Assembly (NCBI GenBank): GCA_043757905.1
Contig: JAYVOO010000152.1
Location: 1 to 29,923, forward strand
Length of the DNA: 29,923 bases
Reading direction: 5' to 3'
Source: Oligoflexia bacterium
GTDB lineage: Bacteria > Bdellovibrionota > UBA1018
The stretch's first letter is position 1. Every line of letters starts with the position of its first letter. Below the pieces are notes generated by a model that made no database searches, was not told the DNA's origin, and worked only from the letters and a program-made list of their open reading frames with translations. Positions 14,980 to 23,137 of the stretch are shown here, piece by piece. The position numbers were made by a program, and so were the translations under genes.

Positions 14980-16604
14980 TTCTCGACCTCAATCGCGCTG
15001 CGCGAATTCACTACCAGCGCGGTGGGCATCAGCGCCTTGCGGGCCATCGCGATCCCGTAGACCGTGTCTTTCAACCCTTCCGTGGCGTGGGCATCGGGAT
15101 TGACCGAGACGAGCGTGCCGCGCTTCCGTAGCTCCGGTCCCCAGCGCCAGTCAATGTCGAGGCGCGCGGGATTCGCGTTGATCTCGATGGCGACATCGTG
15201 GCGCGCGGCCTCGGCGATGATCTTCTCCATGTCCACGTCGTAACCATTTCGCCCGAGAAGAAGCCTGCCCGTCGCGTGGCCGAGAAAGCGGGTGCATGGA
15301 TTCCTGACTGCCTCCAGGATCCGCTCGGTCATTGTAGTACGATCCATCTGGAACCGCGAGTGGACCGAGGCAATCACGAAATCAAAGCGCTTCAAGATCT
15401 TGGCGTCGTAGTCGAGCGAACCGTCTGCAAGGATATCGCTCTCGATCCCCCAGAAGACGCGGATTCCGGGATGCTTGTTTTGGACCGCGCGAATCTCGCG
15501 CTCCTGCTCCAAAAGTCGGTCAGGCTTCAATCCTTGGGCGTAGAACGCGGACTGGCTGTGATCAGATATGCCGATGTACTCGTATCCCAGGCGCTCGGCC
15601 TCGGCTACCATCTGCTCGAGCGTCGCCACGCCGTCCGAGAGCGTCGTGTGGTTATGGAAGACGCCGCGAATGCCGTCCCATTGCAGGAGATCGCCGAGCC
15701 TACCTTCGCGCGCGATCTGCACCTCTTCGCCCGTCTCGCGGGTCTCTGGCGGAATCCACTCGAGCCCAAGTCCATTGAAAAGCTCCGCTTCGTCGCGGGC
15801 CCGGGTTTTCTCCGGCGATCCCAGCGCGATCCAGCTCGCCTCGGTCGCAGTCGTGCGCGCTAGCTCGGTACCGTAAGAGGCGCCTTCGGCGAAAGCGATC
15901 CCGACCGGCAACGCGCCCCCGTGATCCGCCGTGAAGCATTGGGCCGCTTTCTCGATCTTTTTCCGGAACGCAGGCTCGCCCGTCTCGGGCAGCTCCACCA
16001 GAAATTCCATCCGCGAGAGCGTCTCCATGCGACGCCGGAGCTCGCCGGTCTCGCTGACCCGGAGCGGCCGGGCCGCTTCGATCAGTTTCGCAAGCACTTT
16101 CTCCGCGTATGGGAATGCTTCGTCGATCCGCGAGCGTCCTTGGTTGGCCTTCTGAAACAGGATTCCCTGCCGGATCTTCTCCTGCACCTTGATGCCGAAG
16201 CCTGATAGCTTCGAGAGCCGGTTCTCTCCGATCGCGTACTCAAGCTCGGCAACCGAATGAATGCCCAGCTCGTCGATCACTTGCCGCGCCTTCTTCGGTC
16301 CGAGACCGGGAATAGCGGTCAGCTCGATCAGACCTTCGGGCAGAGCCTTCGAAAGCTCGTCGCGCGCTGTGGTTCGTCCGTGAACGATGAATTCGGTCAG
16401 CACTTCCGAGATGCCTTTTCCGATTCCGGCGATTTCGGTGAGCGTCCCCGCGTTCGCGCGTTCCACGATGTCGTCTCGCTCCGCGAGCGTCGCCGCGGCC
16501 TTCTCGAAGGCCCGCACCTTGAACGGGTTCTCGCCATTGAGCTCCATCAGTCCGTGGATTTCCTCGAGCAATTCAACCGCTTCAGCATTTGTAGGCGCAC
16601 GCAT
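14961..16604 (-). CDS. polX: PolX-PHP family protein, non-canonical (polymerase catalytic aspartates lost, PHP intact)
   Basis: NPFKVRAF, three HhH motifs; GELRRRMETLSRMEF in place of GS.RR..ET.GD.D; PHP motifs HNHTTLSDG, ISDHS, GIESD, ASVH, GHATG, EIN, PDAH. Confidence 0.9.
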   Translation of the reverse strand: MRAPTNAEAVELLEEIHGLMELNGENPFKVRAFEKAAATLAERDDIVERANAGTLTEIAGIGKGISEVLTEFIVHGRTTARDELSKALPEGLIELTAIPGLGPKKARQVIDELGIHSVAELEYAIGENRLSKLSGFGIKVQEKIRQGILFQKANQGRSRIDEAFPYAEKVLAKLIEAARPLRVSETGELRRRMETLSRMEFLVELPETGEPAFRKKIEKAAQCFTADHGGALPVGIAFAEGASYGTELARTTATEASWIALGSPEKTRARDEAELFNGLGLEWIPPETRETGEEVQIAREGRLGDLLQWDGIRGVFHNHTTLSDGVATLEQMVAEAERLGYEYIGISDHSQSAFYAQGLKPDRLLEQEREIRAVQNKHPGIRVFWGIESDILADGSLDYDAKILKRFDFVIASVHSRFQMDRTTMTERILEAVRNPCTRFLGHATGRLLLGRNGYDVDMEKIIAEAARHDVAIEINANPARLDIDWRWGPELRKRGTLVSVNPDAHATEGLKDTVYGIAMARKALMPTALVVNSRSAIEVEKWLQRA

Positions 16605-16748
16605 GCATCTTGTTTAACGTCTAACGCGGTGCAAATCGAAACCGATTCTTACATCCGCATGGGGCCAAACTGCGGCTAAGGCGCCAAATGCCTGTCGCCG
16701 CACGGCATTAAACACTTGTCATTCCGCGGACGAAATCGCCCCGCTACG

Positions 16749-16764
16749 CGGCACATGGCTTGTA
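16749..16764 (+). promoter_or_regulatory. Sigma54-like promoter CGGCAC-N5-TTGTA upstream of 16826
   Basis: Good -24 box; -12 dinucleotide is GT rather than GC. Confidence 0.35.
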
Positions 16765-16825
16765 ACGACTTAAGCCATGACCTCACGAGGAGGTCGGAGT
16801 CAGTCATAACCAGGAGGGCTTAATT

Positions 16826-17413
16826 ATGAACGCGAAGAAACTTACCCCGGTCCAGCTCACGATTCTGTCGATGGTCTCCGCTCTGGCGATCGTGTTGATC
16901 CCTGCGCAAGCGGGCGCGGCCGAGCTACGGCTGCGCAATGTGGGCTGCGGCGGCGAGGACCTTCGCCAGTCGGCACCTCTCCTTTACTCTGCGCGTTTCC
17001 AGCTCGGAGGAATCAATCAGCCTGTGAAGAAGATGCAGGTCGTGGTGGCCATGTCCCAGATGAAGCAAGGCGGATTCAACAAGCCCTTCCCGGTCGCGCA
17101 GATTTGGTCGGGTAGCCAATGCCAGGCCGTATGCAAGGTCGCGAGCATCGAAAAAGAAAACTCGCTGACTCCGGTCGCGGTCGAGATGAGCTGCGAAAGC
17201 GTGGGCTTCAGCCCGCTCGCGGTCAAAGCCTCCATTCTCTGGGGCGGCGAGAAGAGCATGTATATGGCCAAGCAGCCCACCATTCGCTTCGGCACCTGGC
17301 TCGAAGGCTACCGCGACAGCGCTCTCAAGGTAGAACTCGATCGCTACTCGATGTCGAACGACACGAACCGCGGCCTAGCGAAAGTGGGCGGCCAGGAAAT
17401 GGCTCACCGTTAA
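16826..17413 (+). CDS. Secreted hypothetical protein (195 aa, 4 Cys, beta-rich-looking)
   Basis: Strong SD AGGAGGG; signal peptide ending AQAGA. Confidence 0.85.
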   Translation: MNAKKLTPVQLTILSMVSALAIVLIPAQAGAAELRLRNVGCGGEDLRQSAPLLYSARFQLGGINQPVKKMQVVVAMSQMKQGGFNKPFPVAQIWSGSQCQAVCKVASIEKENSLTPVAVEMSCESVGFSPLAVKASILWGGEKSMYMAKQPTIRFGTWLEGYRDSALKVELDRYSMSNDTNRGLAKVGGQEMAHR

Positions 17414-17436
17414 TATCTGCGTGAACCTCTGGGCAC

Positions 17437-17464
17437 GCGCGCGTGTCACTGACGACACGCGCGC
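17437..17464. terminator. 11-bp perfect GC-rich hairpin without U-tract
   Basis: GCGCGCGTGTC-actgac-GACACGCGCGC, 23 nt after the 17413 stop. Confidence 0.5.
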
Positions 17465-17513
17465 CCGTCTGATCCTCCAAAATTCCTACACACTTTCTCG
17501 TTATTCTAAGTTC

Positions 17514-18155
17514 ATGAAACACACTAATTCTAAGTTTGGCGAAGTCGGAGTCTCGATCGGAATCCTTGTTCTCTTGATTGGTCTCGGTGCCGCACCTGAA
17601 TCCAGCGCCGCAACCCTTAAGCCTCAACTGCGGGCCATGCATACCAGTCTCTTGGCACTCGACACGCTGAATGCGCAAACCACCGGCCTGGGCGGCACCT
17701 CTCACGCGGCCGAGATCCAAAACCTGAAGACATGGATGCAACTAGGTATCAATGGAGCCAGTGAAACGATCTTGGCCCAAGTGAGAGCGCAGACGGCGAC
17801 ACTGACATCGACCGTGCAGTCCGAGCATAACACCGCACAATCACAGGCTGATGCCGCTGCCGAAATGGCTGCCAAGAAGCAGGCAAAGAAGGACGCAAAG
17901 ATTTCAGCCGCCGCTCGAGAGGTGGCCCAGGCCGCCAAGGCAGCGAAAACCGCGGCATTGATTAAGGAAGCCGTCGACAAAGCTCTCGCCGACAGGGATC
18001 GCGCTGAAAGCGCAGTCAACGCGATCGCGCAGGCGGCTGGCCCGACTACCGACGCAACTGGGGCACCCAACTCACAAGTGGGTGGAGTGAACAGCGTAAA
18101 GACCGAGACTTTGAATCCTGCACCTACTATCCTGGTCGGCGCAGCCGCTATCTAA
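17514..18155 (+). CDS. Secreted Ala/Lys-rich helical (coiled-coil-like) protein, 213 aa
   Basis: ATG 17514 preceded by TATTCT-N6; hydrophobic signal GVSIGILVLLIGLGA; AAKKQAKK helical region; more A/T-ending codons than neighbouring genes. Confidence 0.7.
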   Translation: MKHTNSKFGEVGVSIGILVLLIGLGAAPESSAATLKPQLRAMHTSLLALDTLNAQTTGLGGTSHAAEIQNLKTWMQLGINGASETILAQVRAQTATLTSTVQSEHNTAQSQADAAAEMAAKKQAKKDAKISAAAREVAQAAKAAKTAALIKEAVDKALADRDRAESAVNAIAQAAGPTTDATGAPNSQVGGVNSVKTETLNPAPTILVGAAAI

Positions 18156-18164
18156 GATCATTCG

Positions 18165-18173
18165 TGATAGGCT
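18165..18173 (+). promoter_or_regulatory. Extended -10 (TGa-TAGGCT) 6 nt before ATG 18180
   Basis: TGATAGGCT at 18165-18173; no SD. Confidence 0.5.
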
Positions 18174-18179
18174 ATTTCA

Positions 18180-18809
18180 ATGTTCTCCCGACTTTTGATC
18201 TGGTTCTATCTGATGCACGCGGCATTCTCTCCCTCCGTGCATGCCGAAGAGAACTCACCGACTCCGACTCGTGTGCGCGCCTGGGGAGGCGCAGGACCGG
18301 TGGCGAACGCCAACGGGCAGTCGGAAGTCGGCGTGAGATTCTCGATCGGCGGCGACATGTTTCTAAGTGAAGGCAGAGACTGGATTCTCGGCGCGCAACT
18401 GGCTCTCCCTTACTCGGGTGAACGAAGCGTGGGCAGAGGTTCCGGCCGAGTCACCCGCTTAAGCTATCTGGTGGGTCCAGGACACGCGATCATTCCGGAT
18501 CTGCTTTACGTGCAAGGGCTCCTGGGCATTTCTGTAATCTCGGGAGAAACCCCCGCATTCTACTACAAGCTGAAGCCGACGATCGGCGCTAGCCTCACCT
18601 ACCTTCAAGATACTTCCGGCCGTCTCCAGTGGGGAGCCAGCCTGACCTACGAACATACCGGGGAAGCGCGCGACGCGGTCGCCAACGCGGGCGCGACTCT
18701 TGGCTGCGGAGTTTTTGGCGGCGGCCCCGATACCGACTGCACATCGACCGGAGTCGCGCCTGCGCGGGACATGCTCGCGCTGAATCTCCTGATCGGCTTC
18801 GGCAACTGA
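18180..18809 (+). CDS. Outer-membrane beta-barrel-like protein
   Basis: Signal peptide ending SVHA; alternating amphipathic strands (VGVRFSIGGD, IGASLTY, WGASLTYE, LNLLIGF); Cys pair in a late loop. Confidence 0.7.
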   Translation: MFSRLLIWFYLMHAAFSPSVHAEENSPTPTRVRAWGGAGPVANANGQSEVGVRFSIGGDMFLSEGRDWILGAQLALPYSGERSVGRGSGRVTRLSYLVGPGHAIIPDLLYVQGLLGISVISGETPAFYYKLKPTIGASLTYLQDTSGRLQWGASLTYEHTGEARDAVANAGATLGCGVFGGGPDTDCTSTGVAPARDMLALNLLIGFGN

Positions 18810-18842
18810 GATGTGTATCGGAGCGCAAGTCGGCTGGTTGCT

Positions 18843-19181
18843 CTAAATCTCGGCTGATACTTTCGGATTTTTCTCGGTCCGCGCAACCAGGATCGTAAGC
18901 TGCTCTCCGGTCAGCATCTCACAGGGAAGCACGAGGCCCTTGCGCTCGCGGCTTCCCGGGATCACGTCGGTGATGAGCGATTCGAACGCGCAGTTCTCAT
19001 GCACGAAGAGCTCGGCGTATTTCGCGCCCAAGAGCGGATAATCCTGATCGAGATAAGACGACACGCGGATGGTGGGAGCGTTCGAAGACATCAGGTAATC
19101 GAAAGTCTTGTCCTGAACGGTGACCACGATGTCATCAGGACCGCGAGTTCCGGCAACGGTGCGGAGTTCAATTTGAGGCAT
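18843..19181 (-). CDS. Cytoplasmic hypothetical protein (112 aa)
   Basis: Fills the gap between the barrel gene and gap; preceded by a strong promoter-like element. Confidence 0.7.
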   Translation of the reverse strand: MPQIELRTVAGTRGPDDIVVTVQDKTFDYLMSSNAPTIRVSSYLDQDYPLLGAKYAELFVHENCAFESLITDVIPGSRERKGLVLPCEMLTGEQLTILVARTEKNPKVSAEI

Positions 19182-19186
19182 GCCCT

Positions 19187-19215
19187 GTTCTAGCTATTTT
19201 AGCGATGTGCGTCAA
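19187..19215 (-). promoter_or_regulatory. Sigma70-like promoter TTGACG-N17-TAGAAC, 5 nt before ATG 19181
   Basis: Hexamers at 19215-19210 and 19192-19187. Confidence 0.6.
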
Positions 19216-19250
19216 CAGCAGAAGTCGCGCGCGCCTCCGGGCGCCCGCTC

Positions 19251-19279
19251 TTGCGTGGCCTGGCGGAAATGGGTATACC
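19251..19279 (+). promoter_or_regulatory. Sigma70-like promoter TTGCGT-N17-TATACC, 7 nt before gap ATG
   Basis: Hexamers at 19251-19256 and 19274-19279; no SD before gap. Confidence 0.55.
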
Positions 19280-19286
19280 CCACTGC

Positions 19287-20300
19287 ATGCAAACCCTCAA
19301 AATCGCTATCAATGGTTTCGGTCGTATTGGTCGTAAAGTCGCGCGTTTGGCGCTCGAGAATGACAATATCGAGATCGTCGGCATCAACGACCTCTCGCGC
19401 CCCGAAGTGGCCGCCCACCTTCTCAAGTACGACTCCGTCCACGGCACTCTTAACCAGGACGTGCGCTTGGAAGGCAGCACCCTGATAGTCGGCCGCCACA
19501 AGATCAAGCTGACCGCCGAGAAAGATCCCGCCGCACTTCCCTGGACCGCGGTCGGCGCCGAGTACGTGCATGAGTGCACCGGCGCTTTCACCGACAAGGA
19601 AAAGGCCTCGCTCCACCTGAAGGCCGGTGCGAAGAAAGTTCTCATCTCCGCTCCTTCCGCGAACCCGGACATCACGCTTTGCATGGGCGTGAACGAGAAC
19701 TCGTACGACCCAGCCAATCACCATGTCGTCTCGAACGCATCGTGCACGACCAACTGCCTCGCTCCGCTCGTCAAGGTCCTGGATAATTCGTTCGGCGTCG
19801 TTCGCGGCACAATGATGACGATCCACAGCTATACCAACGACCAGCAGCTTCTGGATCTCTCGCACAAGGATCTCCGGCGCGCGCGCGCTGCCGCGATGTC
19901 GATGATTCCGACGACGACTGGTGCGGCCAAGGCCGTGGGCCTCGTGCTTCCGCACTTGAAGGGCAAGCTCGACGGCCTGTCGGTCCGCGTGCCGACTCCG
20001 AACGTCTCCCTCGTCGACTTCACGGGCGAGCTGAAGAAGCACACCACGAAAGACGAAGTGAACGCCGCCTTTCGCAAGGCCGCCGCTGACGGACCGCTCA
20101 AGGGCTTTCTCGCGATCTCGGACGCGCCGCTCGTTTCCCATGACTTCAACGGCAACGTCGCCAGCTCCGTCATTGACACCGATTGCACGACGGTGCTCGA
20201 AGGCAACATGGTGAAAGTGCTTTCCTGGTACGACAATGAGTCCGGTTTTTCGGCTCGCATGATCGACCTCACGCTCTTCATGGCACGCAAGGCTCGGTAA
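19287..20300 (+). CDS. gap: Glyceraldehyde-3-phosphate dehydrogenase (type I)
   Basis: INGFGRIGR; SNASCTTNCLAP; SWYDNE. Start ATG 19287. Confidence 0.97.
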   Translation: MQTLKIAINGFGRIGRKVARLALENDNIEIVGINDLSRPEVAAHLLKYDSVHGTLNQDVRLEGSTLIVGRHKIKLTAEKDPAALPWTAVGAEYVHECTGAFTDKEKASLHLKAGAKKVLISAPSANPDITLCMGVNENSYDPANHHVVSNASCTTNCLAPLVKVLDNSFGVVRGTMMTIHSYTNDQQLLDLSHKDLRRARAAAMSMIPTTTGAAKAVGLVLPHLKGKLDGLSVRVPTPNVSLVDFTGELKKHTTKDEVNAAFRKAAADGPLKGFLAISDAPLVSHDFNGNVASSVIDTDCTTVLEGNMVKVLSWYDNESGFSARMIDLTLFMARKAR

Positions 20301-20305
20301 GGGAG

Positions 20306-21493
20306 ATGAGTAACACCAACATCAAGTCAATCCGCGATCTCGAAATCGCGGGCAAGACCGTATTCATGCGCTTGGACTTCAACGTCCCGCTCTCGGCGCC
20401 CGACCCCCTGACTGGCGAACGCACGGTGGAGGAGGACGCGCGCATCTCCGAAGCGCTTCCGACGATCCAGTACGCAATCGAGAAGGGTGCCAAGCTCGTC
20501 ATTGCTTCCCATCTCGGACGCCCCGATGGCCACCGCAAGCCCGAGTTCTCGCTGGAACCGGTCGCGCACCGCCTCGCGATCCTCCTCGGCCAGGAAGTCA
20601 CGCTCGCCGATGACTGCGTCGGCGAAGGCATCGAGCTCATGACCCAGTCGCTGAAGAACGGCCAGATCCTCTTGCTAGAGAACCTGCGCTTCCACAAAGG
20701 CGAGGAGGCGAACGACCTCGACTTCGCCCAACGCTTGGCGAAGCTCGGCCAGGTCTTCGTGACCGATGCTTACGGAACCGCGCATCGCAAGCACGCGTCG
20801 ACCTACGGCGTGCCCGCTCTCATGCAGTACAAGGGGATGGGCCTCCTCATCGAGAAGGAGCTCAAATTCCTGGATCCCCTGCTGAATGCCCCGAAAAAGC
20901 CGTTTTTCACCGTCCTCGGCGGCTCCAAGGTCTCCGATAAGATCAAGACCATCGAGTCGCTCATGCGCCGCGTGGACGGTATCCTGATCGGCGGAGCGAT
21001 GGCTCACGCCTTCTGGAAGGCCCAGGGCATCGAACTCCCGGCCCAAGCCAAGCAGCCCAAAGCCGATGACGTCGAAGCCGCTCGACTCGTACTCAAGGAA
21101 GCGTCCAAGCGCGAGCTTCCGATCATCACTCCGGTGGACACGAACGACGGCTTCGACATTGGTCCCAAGACAGTGCGCCAGTTCATCGAGTTCCTGAAGC
21201 CCGCGAAGACGATCTTCTGGAACGGCCCACTCGGCTGGTTCGAAAAACCTGAGTACGCAGTGGGCACTTTCGATGTGGCCCGCGCAGTCGGCAGCCTCGA
21301 GGCGCTCAAAGTCATCGGCGGCGGCGACACCGTATCGGCGATCAAGAAGTCGGGAGTAGCCGAGCAGTTTGACCATCTTTCGACGGGCGGCGGCGCGGTG
21401 CTCGAGTACCTGGAAGGCAACGGCCTGCCCGGCATTGACATCCTTCGCACGACGGCCCGGCAGCAGGCCATCCAGTCCTCGCAAGCGCTCTGA
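20306..21493 (+). CDS. pgk: Phosphoglycerate kinase
   Basis: RLDFNVP, SHLGRP, LENLRF, GGSKVSDKI, STGGGA.LEYLEG. Confidence 0.97.
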   Translation: MSNTNIKSIRDLEIAGKTVFMRLDFNVPLSAPDPLTGERTVEEDARISEALPTIQYAIEKGAKLVIASHLGRPDGHRKPEFSLEPVAHRLAILLGQEVTLADDCVGEGIELMTQSLKNGQILLLENLRFHKGEEANDLDFAQRLAKLGQVFVTDAYGTAHRKHASTYGVPALMQYKGMGLLIEKELKFLDPLLNAPKKPFFTVLGGSKVSDKIKTIESLMRRVDGILIGGAMAHAFWKAQGIELPAQAKQPKADDVEAARLVLKEASKRELPIITPVDTNDGFDIGPKTVRQFIEFLKPAKTIFWNGPLGWFEKPEYAVGTFDVARAVGSLEALKVIGGGDTVSAIKKSGVAEQFDHLSTGGGAVLEYLEGNGLPGIDILRTTARQQAIQSSQAL

Positions 21494-21519
21494 TCATCGA
21501 AACTAGTTAGGCAAAAAAA

Positions 21520-22362
21520 ATGGCAACACATGCGCGCACCAAGGCTCGCGGCGTCCTGATCGCCGGCAACTGGAAGATGAATCACGGGAAAGCCGAGACG
21601 GCGGGGTTTTTCGAGAAGCTGCCCAGGCTGCCGCTCGAAGACAAGCCCGGCGCCGCAAGCGGTCTGCGCGTCTGTCTCTTTCCGCCGGCGCTCAGCCTGG
21701 GCACAGCGATCGAGTCGGCGCGGGCGCGTGCATTCAATGCCTTCGAGTTCGGTGCGCAGAACGTGCACTGGGAAGCGAAGGGCGCGTACACGGGCGAGCT
21801 TTCCGCGCCGATGATCCTCGAAGCCGGTGGAACCTGGGCGCTGGTCGGCCATTCCGAGCGACGCCAGCACTTCGCTGAAACAGACGAGAACGTGGGCCGC
21901 CGAGCCCAAGGCGCGCTCTCGCAGGGTTTAAACGTCATGCTTTGCATCGGCGAGACTCGGGCGGAGCGCGAAGGTGCCGCAACCGCCGCCGTGATCGCGC
22001 GGCAGCTCCTAGGTGCGCTTGTTCCGTTCGCCAACTATCCCTACAAACAAGGCTTCTCGGATATGCTCAAGGCCCGGAAGCTCGTCATTGCCTATGAGCC
22101 CGTCTGGGCGATCGGAACCGGACTGACGGCAACCCCGGAACAAGCGGAAGAAGCACATGTCTTCGTTCGCAATGAACTCGCCCAGCACTTCGGCGCGGAG
22201 ATCGCCGCCCAGTCGCAGATCCTCTATGGTGGAAGCGTCACGCCGGACAATATAGCGACGCTCCTCACCTGCGAGAACATCGACGGCGCCCTCGTGGGCG
22301 GAGCCAGCCTGAAACCCGAGGGGTTCGCGGCGCTCATCCTTGCCGGAAAATCGGCTCTTTGA
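21520..22362 (+). CDS. tpiA: Triosephosphate isomerase
   Basis: AGNWKMN, VGHSERR, AYEPVWAIGTG, YGGSV, LVGGASL. Confidence 0.97.
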   Translation: MATHARTKARGVLIAGNWKMNHGKAETAGFFEKLPRLPLEDKPGAASGLRVCLFPPALSLGTAIESARARAFNAFEFGAQNVHWEAKGAYTGELSAPMILEAGGTWALVGHSERRQHFAETDENVGRRAQGALSQGLNVMLCIGETRAEREGAATAAVIARQLLGALVPFANYPYKQGFSDMLKARKLVIAYEPVWAIGTGLTATPEQAEEAHVFVRNELAQHFGAEIAAQSQILYGGSVTPDNIATLLTCENIDGALVGGASLKPEGFAALILAGKSAL

Positions 22363-22366
22363 TGCA

Positions 22367-23137
22367 CTAGAAGCTCAAGCCGAACTTGAGCCCCAAGGCA
22401 TGCGCGCCATAACTGCTGTATCCGCCTTCCACGCTCGCCTGCAGCCCCGACTCGGGCAGGCGGATGGAAAGGCCGAGAAACGCCCGCGCCACGACGCTCG
22501 ATTGGTGGATTGGAAGGCCGGGAACGCCGTCATAGGAGATCGCCCCAGAGATGAACTGGCCACCGGCGCCGATATAGGGCTCCGCAAACTCGAGCCTCCT
22601 CGAGACGATGAACTCGGGCGCGTAAGTCTTGGTCGAGACGATTCCCAGCTCGCCCACTCCGTAACCGAAGCGAAACGCGACCCCCGGGCCCTCTTCGGGC
22701 ACGAGGAGCGCTATTTTTACATCGCCTCCATAGAATTTGTAGCCCTGGAAAGTGAAGTAAAAGAGCCCGAGGTCGAGCCGCGGCCCCAGGCCCTTGTGGA
22801 TCTGAGCGACTGGCACTGGGACGATCGAGTTCTTGAGTGAGGCCGTGCTCGCGCCCAAGGTATCCAGTGCTTCCAGGAAAGCGTCAGGCAGCTTCAGCGT
22901 CGTGATGCTGATTCCGACATCCAGGCCCACGCTCGTGCCGAGCGGTGAGGCGCCACCGTAGGGATAAGGCGCCGCGATCACACCGACGGTCGTAATAACC
23001 GACTTGGAAACGCTCGACTCCAGAATCGCCGCGAAATTAGAGAGGCCGGCAGGATCTAGGCCGATCGCATCGGCGCGCGCGTCGATGGTCGCGCAGAGAA
23101 GCGAGAGCCCGAAGCCGAGAGTGCGCAACGCGCCCAC
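22367..23137 (-). CDS. Outer-membrane beta-barrel protein (DUF6588-like pattern)
   Basis: Signal peptide; GGASPLG, VPVPVAQIHKGL; C-terminal BAM-type signal GLKFGLSF; GTG abuts the upstream TGA. Confidence 0.75.
   Translation of the reverse strand: MGALRTLGFGLSLLCATIDARADAIGLDPAGLSNFAAILESSVSKSVITTVGVIAAPYPYGGASPLGTSVGLDVGISITTLKLPDAFLEALDTLGASTASLKNSIVPVPVAQIHKGLGPRLDLGLFYFTFQGYKFYGGDVKIALLVPEEGPGVAFRFGYGVGELGIVSTKTYAPEFIVSRRLEFAEPYIGAGGQFISGAISYDGVPGLPIHQSSVVARAFLGLSIRLPESGLQASVEGGYSSYGAHALGLKFGLSF

Noticed and set aside
21100-21170. PGK appears to lack the usual loop before the DIGP motif (ITPVDTNDGFDIGP)
   Set aside because: All substrate-binding motifs are intact and short loop indels are common in PGK; not evidence of altered function.
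22340-22362. TpiA ending AGKSAL (and Pgk ending SSQAL) resembling the GxxA[LI] tail
   Set aside because: These are cytoplasmic enzymes lacking the PxxT[VI]L part. They are kept as a caution that the last residues alone are not diagnostic of the proposed motif.
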